Origin: Nemertoderma westbladi
Taxonomy: Eukaryota > Animalia > Xenacoelomorpha
Length of the DNA: 64,000 nucleotides
Assembly: GCA_032718475.1 (NCBI GenBank)
Contig: JAUCBJ010003973.1
Span: 1 to 64,000, forward strand
Direction: 5' to 3'
The notes beneath the pieces were generated by a model. That model was not told where the DNA came from. It ran no database searches and worked only from the letters and a program-made list of their open reading frames with translations. Positions 23,901-36,100 of this stretch are shown here, in pieces; the first letter of the stretch is position 1; the number at the start of each line of letters is the position of its first letter. The position numbers and the translations under genes are program-made.

Positions 23901-26900
23901 AATTGAGACTGATGAGGGCCAGCTAGACCTATTGAGGTACTTCCTGTAGAGATGCTGATGGATGAGGACAAATCCGGAAATACATTTGCAGACTCAGGAA
24001 TTCTGTTACTCATAACATTTGCAGAAAGAGCGGGTACATCTTCTTTAATTAGCCTATTAGTTCCAGGAGTTTTCAAGAGTGGCAAATTATCTGGGAGGCT
24101 GGTGGGTTGTGATAGTGGTTTCAATGTCGAGATCGTTAATTTATTATGTGGTACAACTGGCTTGTTGGTTTGATTGATGGAGGCAAGGGTATTATTACTG
24201 TAATCCATCGCATCTAATTTCTTTGGTGCAATATGACAATCCACTCGACTTTTCTCTGGCATTTGTATATTATGAATAGGCTGAGCCACATTAGACAATA
24301 CCGGTATTGGTATTGGAGATGAGGTTGTGATAGCATTACTATCTACTTCCATACTTGATATTGAAGAAGAATTAGGGTTTGCATTTTGGATAATATAATG
24401 TATCGGACTTGGAGTAGGGACCACATTACCAACAAAATTTGAATTAGGTACTGGTACTGCATTACAAGGAGGTTGCTGAAGTAAATAGTACTGCATACCA
24501 GTATTATGTGGTGCGTTGGGTGCAATTTGAACTTGAAAGACTTGGGTTGACTGTGGGAGTAAAGTTGAAATAGGAATCGCATTGACACTTGCAAATTGGG
24601 GATTGACAGTGACCCTAGTAGTAGCTGGTGCGCTACTTGTTGGAGGTAGTTGAGAGTGTATAACTGTAGGTTGGTATTGAGTTGGCTGTATGAGATGCTT
24701 AGACAGATTTGTTGATATTAAAGTTGTTTGGATTGAACGTAAAGCACTTGGAGAAGAAACAACATGAGTCTGTGCTAAATGGTGGGGAACTGGGTGTTTT
24801 GTTGTATATTGTGATTGATAGTTAGCGTCGAGAACTACAGATGAGGTTATAGTTATGGGCAACTGCATACTTGCAAATCGTGGATTTGGAATTGATGGAA
24901 TAGAAGTTGCAGCCGAGGAAGTGGGATTCAAAGTGGCAACACCTGCTACAGATACTGTGGGGCTGACATTTTGTGACAACTTGCAAGAGACAGATGTTTT
25001 CTCAGGTTTGGGCAAAATTGTTGGTAAACTTTGTAAATATGCTTGGGCATGAGCTTCTGTTTCACGCTGAACTTCTTCGACTAAAGCATTATGATCAACT
25101 ACTGTTTTAGATATGTGTGGAAATTCTACCTTGGCAACCTCACTGGCTCGATTATAAAAAGCAATATGTTTTGGTTCTAAGAGATTAGGAGATAAAACAT
25201 AAGACTTTTGCATAGAAACCTGTAAATCTATGCCAATAGGTTCTGTAGATTCCATACTGGAAGTTACCGTGGAGTCTGGTAAATACAGACCAGTAGAATC
25301 AGCAGAAATGGGAATAGGTGATTCAAGCATAGGGAGCACATGGGATGCAGAAGGCTGACTTTGCGATGGTGCAATAGGAACAGGTAAGTAGGAAAAAGGT
25401 GAAGGGTCGGATTGTCTTGATCCATCAAAGACAACTAATGACACCAAAACAGCTTCTCTTATGGAAGTATCTCTGTATGGTGGTATAACACAAACCAAAT
25501 GCGTTTGGTGCAAATAATCATTAAGAACTGGGGCCAATTTATCCCAAACAATTTCACCATTTCGGCCATTCTCAACAACTTTAACCTTAGTATTCTTCGT
25601 GAAATTCTTACCAATAATGAACAAATCGCAATCACCAAAAACATCAGCTGAATTTATGCTTTTGCGTAGAATTTCAGGCAGACCCAATGGCTGTGTACAT
25701 TGTATTGGTGTTGAAGCTGCTTGCAGGGTACACACAGAACCATTAGCTTGCAGAATATTTACCCTGAACACTAGTCTAACACGAGAACTTTTTCTTTTTG
25801 TTCGTAAAGGACCAACTCTTGCCTCTACATCAGCATTCCTAAGTTTTAGAATTCCAACACAGTCAACACTTGCATTCATATCTTCCAATGGATCAAGATT
25901 CATTTCAATAACCGAAGTTCCATCTATTTCTTTTTCCCAACAGGGTAATGAGTTTCTTCCAAAAACCCGACAAGCTTGATAAAAAGAATGTGGCTTTGGT
26001 CGTATCATATCTGTACCAATGAAGCACTGCAGCACAACTGGGCCTTTGTTGTAGCCCCTAAGAGCTACTGTCGGATGGCCTAACTGAGTTTCATCCTTTA
26101 TGCACCCACGACTACCTTCAGTAAGATACCGCGCACGGTGGTGGCTTTCAGGTTGTTTCAGAATGCATAGCTCTAGAGGACCGAGCTCTGAAGGAAATGC
26201 AACATGCAGGGAAGGTCCATGGACAACTGTCTCTCCTTCATTTAACATTTCCTGATCTATATTATCTTTTTGAGATTTATGTTCAAGGGATCGATCAGAT
26301 CTGCGGTAGTGATGGTGCTGCACCCAAGATGTTCCAACCATCCGTTCTGCACCTGATCCATCCGGGGATGCGTGAGAGGGGGGACTTGAGGATAATTGAT
26401 CCAACCCAATATACGAATTCTGTTGACAAGGGGCCATGTTTGTTGTATGATGTCGCAGCAACAAATCATTAAAAGATACCATAGCAGTTGGAGAAAGCTC
26501 CCCACAAGCAAGATTATCAGTGTCCATACTTTCTTCATCAGCATTGTAAATATCACTTTCTTCTCCTTGTTGATAGTCATCATCTTCATCCAACATTGAT
26601 TGGCCATCTGGCGGACTTGTAACGGCCCAACTACTTCCTGATCGCATTGCTGCATTTTCGAATTTGTCTGGCAAAAAAATTTGCGCCAACTGAGTTGTAT
26701 TGTTACTGGAAATACTCCCATCAACGAATTCCTGACTACTTGTTGAAACAATACATTCATTATTGGTAAGGGTAATGTTCTGGCCTAGATCTTGCTTTTC
26801 ACTTGTAAAATGATCAACTTGGGCATACATGGGTGCAATACTGGTATTAGCAAGAGCATAGACGGTATTAACATGTTGGTGAGTACCAGTACTTGATCCA

Positions 26901-26998
26901 TCAATGCTGATATTAATCCACTGAGGCGGTCCTGAAGAAATAATAATAGTTTCATTACTGGATGAAATTTCATTTATTTCATTAAAGGAATCATCCAT
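20939..26998 (-). CDS. NFAT5: Nuclear factor of activated T-cells 5 (NFAT5/TonEBP-like) Rel-homology transcription factor, single-exon CDS
   Basis: 2019-aa ORF. RHD with QPESHHRARYLTEGSRGCIKD and VDCVGILKLRNADVE, IPT domain (LFIIGKNF...HLVCVIPPY), and a long Gln/Ser/Pro-rich C-terminus. Confidence 0.95.
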   Translation of the reverse strand: MDDSFNEINEISSSNETIIISSGPPQWINISIDGSSTGTHQHVNTVYALANTSIAPMYAQVDHFTSEKQDLGQNITLTNNECIVSTSSQEFVDGSISSNNTTQLAQIFLPDKFENAAMRSGSSWAVTSPPDGQSMLDEDDDYQQGEESDIYNADEESMDTDNLACGELSPTAMVSFNDLLLRHHTTNMAPCQQNSYIGLDQLSSSPPSHASPDGSGAERMVGTSWVQHHHYRRSDRSLEHKSQKDNIDQEMLNEGETVVHGPSLHVAFPSELGPLELCILKQPESHHRARYLTEGSRGCIKDETQLGHPTVALRGYNKGPVVLQCFIGTDMIRPKPHSFYQACRVFGRNSLPCWEKEIDGTSVIEMNLDPLEDMNASVDCVGILKLRNADVEARVGPLRTKRKSSRVRLVFRVNILQANGSVCTLQAASTPIQCTQPLGLPEILRKSINSADVFGDCDLFIIGKNFTKNTKVKVVENGRNGEIVWDKLAPVLNDYLHQTHLVCVIPPYRDTSIREAVLVSLVVFDGSRQSDPSPFSYLPVPIAPSQSQPSASHVLPMLESPIPISADSTGLYLPDSTVTSSMESTEPIGIDLQVSMQKSYVLSPNLLEPKHIAFYNRASEVAKVEFPHISKTVVDHNALVEEVQRETEAHAQAYLQSLPTILPKPEKTSVSCKLSQNVSPTVSVAGVATLNPTSSAATSIPSIPNPRFASMQLPITITSSVVLDANYQSQYTTKHPVPHHLAQTHVVSSPSALRSIQTTLISTNLSKHLIQPTQYQPTVIHSQLPPTSSAPATTRVTVNPQFASVNAIPISTLLPQSTQVFQVQIAPNAPHNTGMQYYLLQQPPCNAVPVPNSNFVGNVVPTPSPIHYIIQNANPNSSSISSMEVDSNAITTSSPIPIPVLSNVAQPIHNIQMPEKSRVDCHIAPKKLDAMDYSNNTLASINQTNKPVVPHNKLTISTLKPLSQPTSLPDNLPLLKTPGTNRLIKEDVPALSANVMSNRIPESANVFPDLSSSISISTGSTSIGLAGPHQSQFLTSDASGHYKVPEHWLIAQATNGPNPELLKSVQRLIQTNPSLVHSNDLLTVLGKQGIFLMTTSDLQQLSTLQTASTKASADCQPPSKRHQKQFPSEDAIMSIQTSSNYDDGFVVASKHSGNSICSTGIPNNGSEQQTPSSFISGPHTPAYSVNDNVEARLEAVKHVILNQMQNSKQVPMDPSLAVKRDDTHYNISENIQIEANSVPSGSGKRPASSMCSSGTTITTGPQYTYTPTSPVVFVFPSVPPTGPLLDLGGIAPVSMNNIGHTLTSSFSGSRGNASSYSNNCVSSGASNISLHHLMQQARVDTKSNTTAVCSQLLASNAAMISHGIEVSGYVSHGSDTITSCFNQIMPIISNKVPVSHFNQDIGFSQAKQMFTFPDMISPSLMTMQQQLHIDQPNKVQVLVTNGSQSTDGLAQQPLMQSFQSPILTHEGSFLQQLQNHSQPFIDPGAGAGTHMHQSLPHHKMDVGSAEVGSLMNTQSEVCNIDSFFNDPNFVGNEFKPESALVQSDGLYRQEIKPESSQPTPKYDLQNYEQKIEGFPQKYVLHHYDPSSESQPNHMQSFTNIPVEREQPATMEISPGQSGNSPNIGVGGGDRGSPYAVDNVYKSTSQLQSPQMHIDDAVSAQFEFHNLQSQSTNQDYNQQKSLNPEYHALGVTPEYQSQPLYQEYRQQVVNQEYGQQTSSSEYQPQHVKPEYHQQPANPEYHQQQLLKSDYQTVRCDKGKGHSRCNSNQHMVINLKGYNFSVEVPKALQNMDANSFRALLHQCLVQHQDMQQQTSSRVANHQPQQTHPAEMFPNKHQGFDYEQPVDLSSNRRDCQAHNNNILTNTNDTNIVFMRPNTSQCVTLLSTGTHCSQTSSQVSKGPEAMDTDSPHHFPHQTTSLPLSNSLPTLTSQYGSYNEQTITPCMNTNPQSTMSVSEEMSDSSLDSFLTQYCTGDGVSPESLENDLNQLLGYLEEVQNNSDGSVTMDQLVEALSPFPPELPP

Positions 26999-28978
26999 TA
27001 CAACAATATTATGGAATTATGCTTACACAATTATAGCTGGATCCAAATCCATATATATATATATATATTTATTGATTATAACATTATAACAAGCAAAATA
27101 GGGCTATACACTGATACAGATACAACTATAGGACTGTAGGAGGGGGAATTCAGTTAGGCCTACCGGTACCATACCATACAGCCATAAAGATTATGAAATA
27201 GGCCTACGCTACACAAATTATTAAGAAGATCCATTGAAAAATACCAGTACAGTCAGGGAGATCATCAATTTTGGGGTTACCCCAAATTTCGAATTCTGGT
27301 AATAGACTGTCGAAAATTGGGGTTTTTTGTTCAAATTTGAGGTATTTTTAGGCTCATAATATCGAGTGTTGCTGCGACTTAGGGAAACTATTGGAGCAAC
27401 TTCTACTTTTAATATGTTAAAATATAATGTAAAATAAGAACTTTTATCGATGCAATAAAATATTTCACCGATGCAAACATGCTTTTATTGGGGGCGAAAA
27501 TTGAAATTTGAGGTTAAACCTCAAATTTGAGACAAAACCTCAAATTTCGCCAGCCTTTACAACATCACCAGCCTGTCAGCAGTAGGGTGTAGCAGTAGGC
27601 TTTGCTGCTTAGTGCTTATAGAGCTTGGTGAGAATGGGGGACCAGTGTAACCTGTGACATGACAAGTATGCAGGGTAGGCTTAACCTTACAGCACAGTAA
27701 CTTACAGTCAATAACTTTAATGATTGTTAACTCCGTTAGTGATTGGTGAGAAAAATGCAGAAGACTAGAGAAATTCTCTATCCTTACAGACTTACTGTTG
27801 GTAAGAAGAACAGTAGACCAAATCCTCACTGTTGCGATATTCAAGCTCACACAGCTGCACAGTCACAGACTCAGGAAGACCTACTATATCTTGTGGATGT
27901 TGAATCAATTCCAGAATTTGGAAGTTTACATATTCTGGCATTCATCTGTTCTGTTCATCATTCATATCACACATCTTCGAAAAAAAAATATGTTTTCTGG
28001 TTGTTGATGTCCTCTTTAACACTTTGTATATCAAATGAAGCCATTCCTCTCCTGATAGCCTGAAGACTTATGTAATATTCGCCTGTCCTAGCTCTATCTG
28101 TCAATTGGAATACTGTACCATCAGTTTGGAGCCCAGACAAATGTTGCCGCAAAGGTTGACAGGTTGACGTGGTTTATACAATATATGCAGATATGTGGAC
28201 TTGATTCTTTTGTTAGTTATTCTATATGACTGGCAACTGGAGACTCTAAAGTTGGAACCACCACCTACTGCAGTATACAATAAATACATCAATTAAAGTT
28301 CAATTTGATAATGTGCTTTAAACTTATATGTAAAGATCTAAACCTGATCCTCCATTACAACAATGTGCAACATAATATCCCAGCCAGACATCCAATGCAA
28401 TCATGACCTGGCCATATATAAAATTATGAAGGAAAGGCCAAGCCCAGCCCATCTGCCCATGCCATGCTGCCATGTCTGGCAGTCTGGGTCTGCTTTTTCC
28501 ATATATCACCTCTTCTTTATCAGGGTCATTAACATATGGAACATGCTGGACCTGGAACACAGTAGAAACATCATCATCTCATCACTAATCGCTAGTCTTT
28601 TAAACAGTCTTTAGACTCTGCTTTCTTATCAAGACATCTGAAATGTTTTAGAAATCTAAGTGACTGTTTGTTTATAGGCCTACTATACATACATAAATCC
28701 TTATAAATTGACCTTATGAGGAACCAGAATCATTTATAACTTGGGCAAAAAGTATAACCTTTTTCACAAACCTATTCTCGAGGCTTTATCTCATTTATGG
28801 AGTAAACCTTGCAGGCACTAAAGTTGCATTGCAATAGTCGATAGTGTGTAGGGATGGATTTTGCTTTTTATTCCAAAATTATAACATTACGAAATGATTG
28901 TACGTACATATACATTTCGATCGAAAATTTTGATCAACACTTTCAATGAAATTTTAGAAATTCCACCAAAAATATTTT

Positions 28979-29251
28979 GGCACTTGTGTCAAATCAAATA
29001 GGTGACCCTCCTAATCTGCTAATCCTGAAATCACCAGCTAATGCTGAAATTTAGTGCAGGTGATATCAATATTCCTAACTCTTGTTTATTGTTTTTTGGT
29101 TACTTTCAACTCACCTATGTAACCTGCTCCTTTCAGCCTTTGCTAACCCTGTAACCGGACACTAGTGAAAGTGACTTTAGTTTTGGTGATTTCAGGATTA
29201 GCAGAATAGGAGCTAGGAGGGTCTCCTACAGCCCTATTTGACACAAGTGCC
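28979..29251. mobile_element. MITE with ~60-bp TIRs
   Basis: ggcacttgtgtcaaat...gctaatcctgaaatcacca, with its inverse at ~29184-29251; imperfect TSD aatatttt/aatgtttt. Confidence 0.85.
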
Positions 29252-30116
29252 AATGTTTTATTTTACTTTTTTTACCGGCAGTCGGTGAGAAGTCAAAAAT
29301 TGGACTTGAGTCCAAAATTGGACTTCGACTCCAGTTCAAGTCCAAAATTGGACTTCTGTGAGTCCAATATTGGACTTCAAATCAGCCAATTGTTCCAGGG
29401 CCTTGGGTAATAGGATCGGGCGGGATTTTTTTTCTTTAATCGAAAATATATCAAAAAATAAGAGTTTTGAACAGGGGGACCTGAAATTCACCAGGGGGAA
29501 CGTTTTTTATAAGGCTTTGAATTTTTACAAAAGTCCAATATTGGACTTTAAGTCCAATTTTGGACGTGACATTGAGAATCGAACTTAAAGGTACATGAAG
29601 CATGACAGATGAGAGACAGCCAGACAGCTGTTAAGTTATGGAAAGTTACCTTTGCAGCTCTGTATGTATCTTCAGTGTACTGACTGTACTGTACTTAGAA
29701 TATAATGGTACATTCTAGCATTCTAGGTACTTTGTACTTTACTTTTAGCATATTGTTTAGTTCACAATTTACATTCATGTTATGTCTAACCTTACAGCCT
29801 TATGTACCCAGGACTTTATAGTGTCTTTAGGACTAGATTAGATTATGCTCCAACAAATATTTAATTACAAATTATATTTAGTGGATACTGGTAGCAATGC
29901 CAGGTTAGCCAACTGCAGCTGCTGCTAAGGCTAACTACAGTACAAGCTACGATTTCGTCTAAGGCTACGGGAGCCCTATCAGAAAGAAATACTACAAGTT
30001 GATGCTACCACCATCTCTTCTAATTTTTCCATACAACAGGAAGGGTATTATAAAACAGCTGGATAACAGGATAATGAAATGGGATTAGTAACTGATTAAC
30101 GCGTTGGGGTCTCCAC

Positions 30117-30960
30117 TAGTGTTAGACCGGAGCTCCGGCTCCGGTCCGGATCCGGCCCGGAAAATGGTGCTCCGGTTCCGGTCCGGCTCCGGCTAAAATA
30201 TGACCGGAGGACCGGAGCTCCAGTATAAAACTGTAAAAGACAGACAGAGACACACAATGTACAGATGTACAATGCACAATCAGTTGTCCACAGTCACAGT
30301 CATCTAGTCTAGTCAGCTAGTCCATCATAGTACAGCCAGACAGCTGCACTGGCCTACCAGGTGCCAGGCTGAGGCTACAAAGACAGGCCAGTCAGTACAC
30401 TAGTACCTACAGTACTGTACTACCTACTCACTCTCTGACTCTGTCTAGCCTGTCGCTGTCACTAGCCTAGTACAGTAGTATTAGTACTAGTACCTATACC
30501 TCTACCTCTACCTGTTGCCTGTCTACATCTACAGATCTACTGGCAGACTGAGTTCGAATGCTATCAACCATTCTTCTATTGCATCGTTGATCTGAGTTGT
30601 TTTGTTAGATTTAATATGTAATAAAACTACCCGACTACCGTCAGACCGTAATGCTGTAATGTACTGGTTTATGAGTATAAAGTATAAACAAAGTCAGAAA
30701 GTGGAGAAGTTGGCTCACTAAATGTAGCTGTGTAGTGGACTAACTGCAACATGCTGACATGCCAGGTCGTATTATAGTACAGTCTGACAGTGCAGCGCAG
30801 CAGTGGTACCGGTACCTTTAGGTCATACAGTCATACCAGGCTTCAATATATTTTTTTAATTTTACCTACCCGGTCCGGCTCCGGTTCCGGCTCCGGTACT
30901 TTTGGAATTTACCCGGTCCGGTTCCGGCTCCGGCAAAAATCTGGCTCCGGTCTAACGCTA
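30117..30960. mobile_element. hAT-type MITE with (ctccgg)n subterminal repeats
   Basis: TIR tagtgttagaccggagc / gctccggtctaacgcta; 8-bp TSD gtctccac. Confidence 0.92.
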
Positions 30961-31119
30961 GTCTCCACATAATAAGTACAGAAGTAACAAGTAACACACG
31001 TCATAATCATAAACCAATTGAGGGAAAGGAACATATTACAGAGGCAGGCTTTTCTAACTAAAACAATAAACGGCCACTTTTGACTTTACCAATTGAAGGA
31101 GCCCTATAACCTCACCACA

Positions 31120-31558
31120 TACTACTACTACAATCGGCATGATTCATTGCAGCTGCATTATATATATAGCAATATAGGCCCTATTATGTATTAAGAATGC
31201 TGTGCCGGCTTGTTGACAAAAGTGCGCCTCCACAACTCCCTTACACTCTTACAGCCTTATCACCCATGACATTTGCTAGATCATCCGCATCTTCAAGGCC
31301 AGTGTCCTTTTAAGACAGTAAGAAAGATGCGTCTCAAGAAAGTCATGGGCTGTCCACCATGCTTATTCACTCCATGAGGTGCACTGGCTGGTCCTCACGG
31401 CTTAAAAAGCGATGTCCTGCAAAGCGGAGGCGGCTTTGTTCTAGTGTCAAGCTTGGGGGAACCAATGACTGAATGAGACACCTCCAACTCCAATGTTATA
31501 TAGTGTCTGGTTGGAGATGTAGAGATGTGTGCATTGTACTTGACACAGTGAAGTGAAC
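31120..31558 (-). mobile_element. RTE 3' fragment (fourth copy) carrying many short insertions
   Basis: Aligns to 7429-7822 with several 5-16-bp duplicative insertions. Confidence 0.85.
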
Positions 31559-33174
31559 CTAATCAAAACAATTAGTCAATAAACATTAACTCAATAACAT
31601 AATAAGTTACAGTTTACAGTAGTCTTATTTTTGCCATACGAAAATACCTCAGGTATGGCAGTATGGGTATGAATGAACTATACAGCTATAAATCAACTAC
31701 GCTACCGCGGTATACACCGCTAAGGCAGTAAGGCTACCGCAAAGCTATACCACTACCGCAAAAAGTAACTACTAATGTCTGACTGTACGTGTGCGATCCC
31801 TGTTTATAATACATATAATAATTAATTTGATCATTAAAATAATGTTGCATTTTAATTATGTAATATATATGTACTGATACGGGATGCAGTTTTGATTTAA
31901 ATACCGATATACAGTATGGCAGCATGGGTACACTTGGAGTTGTACTAAAGTCCAATATTGGACTTTGGAGTCCAAAATTGGACTTGAAGTCTAAAATTGG
32001 ACTTGAAGTCCAATTTTTGACTTCTCACCGACTGACCGGGAGAAAAAGTAAAATCAATGCAAAATTATGGCTCTATGGTGCATTATTATGTGGCAATATT
32101 ATTCAATATTATTGCAGGTTGCTGTGTTGCCGACTTTGCAAAAGCTGTGCCCAACAAAAAGTTACAATATTCAGATATTACGGGGACAACTTTTTCCCTA
32201 CTAGTGGGGAAAAAAAGTAGGCCTACTACTTTTTCTCCCGATTTTAGGGCATATTCAAGCAAAAAAGTAACAATATAAAAATATAAGTTCTTTAAGCTCT
32301 GTACTTCGTTTTATATGTCTACCATCTGATCAGCCACCCCACTGCACCCCTACCAGTAGCCTTTTTAAGTATAAGCCTTTTTAAACTAATAGGCCTACTG
32401 AATATGTTTTAATTTTAAATATTATATTTCACAACACTTAGACACTACCCTAGGCCTACATCAGTTTATTTTTTTACCTTTGCAATACAGTAACAAACAA
32501 GCTAACAACTACTGAACTAGGGCAACTATGACTTCTGTCTGTAGCTGACTATGCTGCTATGAAATTCAAATTTGGGGTATAACTCAAATTTAGAGAATTA
32601 ACCTAACCTTGTATTAAAATTGAGGTAATTCCAAAATTGGGTCTATAATTTGAAATTTGAGGTATTCTCAAATTTGATGATCTCCCTGACTGCAGTATGC
32701 ATGGGGTAACACGAGGCCTGGTGCTGGCCTATATTGTGATTGTACTGTTGTAGTACATCATAGGCGTACTGGACCGGTATCGGTATGCAGTACTGCAGTA
32801 GTTTAGCATTACTCTGTTAATATACAGGTTGACTGAAAGGAGCTTATCAACCAGCAGTTTGATGCCATCAATCAATGATGCCGATGACAACAGGCAACAG
32901 CAACAGGCCGGTAAACCGGTGGCAGTAGGTCATTAAAGGTGATGTGATCGTTGACGATGCAATTAAAGCCAGGATTTTTTCAAAGGTTCTGGCAGAGAAT
33001 TACTGTAACGATGATGGTAATTGCCCCCCTTTCAGTCGTGCGGTGCCAAATAATTAGGGCTCGATCGGAGCTCCGGCCTCCGGCTCCGGCTCCGGCCATT
33101 TTGGCACCTCCGGCTCCTGCTCCGGCTCCGGTAAAAATATTGCCGGAGTTAATTTTTTAATAAAGTAGGCCTAT

Positions 33175-36100
33175 CAGTAGGGAACATACCCTTAAATAAG
33201 CTCCAAAAGTGGGTTCTTATTTAAGGAAAATGGCTCTTATTTAGGGGTTTTTGGGCCTTTTTTGGATATTTTTTCGACATAATATGCAAGATCTTGTTTC
33301 AGTAAAAAATACCGCATAATTTTATTTCACAATATAAAAGTTGGTTCTTTCTTGAACATAATGCAAAAAACCAGAAAACATTTCACCGTCCGGTTTTTTT
33401 TCTACAAGCGTTTTAAAATTGCATCAAAAATACGACCAGTTCCTAAATAAGAGGGATTTTTTAAATTTACCTTATTTAAGACATCGAAATTGTACACAAA
33501 TACTAAAAGTCCTTAAATAAGAACTTTTTGACATGGGTTTCTTATTTAGGTATACAATTTCATTCCAAAATCTGCATACTCCTTAAATAAATTAAATATT
33601 TCTCATTTCTCACAGAGAGTAGAAGCAGTTCCGCGACAATAATAATATTGCTCCTCAAAAGACAGAAAGAGGGCCCTTACTGCATCAGGGACGCGTTTTT
33701 CGACAGAGCCCCGTCACCTGAAACAGCCAGTGCCGCTAGTCGATGGGGTTGACTTGTTGGCGAGAGGCTATTATGAGGCGCAATACGCATTGCGTATCTC
33801 CTTCTGTCAACCAATACTGCCCTCATTTCTCATATATTAAATTAAATAAATTAAATTAAATATCCTTATATAATGTCTCTTATAACCTCGTCTCCCAGCC
33901 CCATCCTCCTTCTGCCCTTATCTGCTTATGACAGTTATGACCTCCTACCTGCCTAACCTTGACAGGACATTGCAAGATGCAGAGATAAGGGAGCTTCTTA
34001 GCTTAATTGGATAGGTGCAAAAATGCACAACGAACAACAATGAGCAATAATGAGGAACAACGACTGAACGAGCAACAATGAGCAACAACGAGTAACATTG
34101 AGAAACACCGAGCAACAATGAGTAATAATAAAGTACAACAATGAGCAACAACGAGAAACAGCGAGCAACAATGAGGAACAACGACTGAACGAGCAATAAT
34201 AAAGTACAACAACGAGCAACAATGAGCAACAACGAGTAACAATGAGTAATATTGAGCAACAACGAGCAACAGCGAGCAGCAATGAGGAACAACGACTGAA
34301 CGAGCAATAATAAAGTACAACAACGAGCAACATTGAGAAACAACGAGCAACAATGAGCAATAATAAAGTACAACATCGAGAAACAACGACCCATAATTAG
34401 GACATGAGGAACAACGAGTAACAATGAGCAACAATGACAATGAGTAACAACGAGTAACATTGAGCAATAATAAAGTATAACAACGAGTAACATTGAGCAA
34501 CAATGAGAAACACTGAGCAACAATGAGCAATAATAAAGAACAACAACCAGACAACGAGCAACAATGAGCAACAACGAGAAACAACGAGCAATAATGAGCA
34601 ACAACGACTGAACGAGCAACAACGAGTTATATTGAGCAACAACGAGATATATTGAGCAACAATGAGCAATAATAAAGTATAACAACGAGCAACAATGGGC
34701 AACAACGACTGAACGAGCAACAACGAGTAATATTGAGCAACAATGAGCAATAATAAAGTACAACATCGAGAAACAACGAGCAACAATGAGGAACAACGAT
34801 TGAACGAGCAATAATAAAGTACAACAACGAGCAACAATGAGTAACAATGAGCAATAATGAGCAACAATGAGCAATAATAGAGTACAACGAGCAACAACGA
34901 GCAATAATAAAGTACAACTAACTCGCAACAATGAGCACCAACAAGCAACAATGACCAACAACGAGCAACAATGAGCAATAATAAAGTACAACAACGAGCA
35001 ACAATGAGGAACAACGATTGAACGAGCAATAATAAAGTACAACAACGAGCAACAATGAGTAACAATGAGCAATAATGAGCAACAACGAGCAATAATAGAG
35101 TACAACGAGCAATAATAAGGTACAACTAACGAGCACCAACAAGCAACAATGACCAACAACGTGCAACAATGACCAACAATGACCAACAATGAGAAATAAT
35201 AAAGCACAACAAGCAGCAATGAGCAACAAACTGCGTCGAACCGGATTGAATGTGGGGGGGAGCCACGTTCAAGTGAGCGAAGCCTTAGCATATGGGTGCT
35301 ATTAACGAGTTGTCTGTCGTCGTTGTGAATTTTTTATTGGTAATAACTCGGTCATTCCTTGATGAAATTAAACGAAACTTAGTATGTATGTAGTATGTCA
35401 AAAGATTAGAAATAATCTGAAGTTTAGTTTGGTAAAAAACAAACGAACGCAATGAGGCAAATTAAGGAGACGAATATTGTGTTGAACGACCTCTGGCTCT
35501 GACTAACGAAAGACAACATGTTAATGGGGTGGGGCCCCTATCAGCTAGGGCTAGCTAAGGCTTTGCTCACTTCATGCTGCGCAGAGGTCCCACAAACGTG
35601 TCCCACTCCCTGACTCCTGCCTGAGCCAGTTGAGCCAAAACGTCATCCAGTCATCATCTTTAACCTTCATAACGTCTATCAGCTGCCCAATGATGAGGAC
35701 ATGAGGAACAACGAGTAACAATGAGCAACAATGACAATTAGTAACAACGAGTAACATTGAGCAATAATAAAGTATAACAACGAGTAACATTGAGCAACAA
35801 CGAGCAACAATGAAAAACACTGAGCAATAATAAAGAACAACAGCGAGCAACAATGAGCAACAACGAGAAACAACGAGCAATAATGAGCAACAACTACTGA
35901 ACGAGCAACAACGAGTTATATTGAGCAACGAGATATATTGAGCAACAATGAGCAATAATAAAGTACAACACCGAGAAACAACGAGCAACAATGAGCAATA
36001 ATAAAGTACAACAACGAGAAACAACGACCAATAATTAGGACATGAGGAACAACGAGTAACAATGAGCAACAATGACAATGAGTAACAACGAGTAACATTG

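Larger units (their letters stand above)
29261..32053. mobile_element. Non-autonomous DNA transposon with palindromic agtccaaaattggact subrepeats
   Basis: cagtcggtgagaagtcaaaaattggact at 29279, with its exact inverse ending at ~32034. Confidence 0.75.
27250..32692 (-). mobile_element. Old hAT-like element with a degenerate transposase and nested insertions
   Basis: Inverted termini cagtcagggagatcatcaa / ttgatgatctccctgactg, with subterminal aaatttgagg repeats. Minus-strand remnant near 27750-27850 (ATV.RIWST...TNSKSVRIENFSSLL) resembles the hAT dimerisation domain. TSD not clean. Confidence 0.55.
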
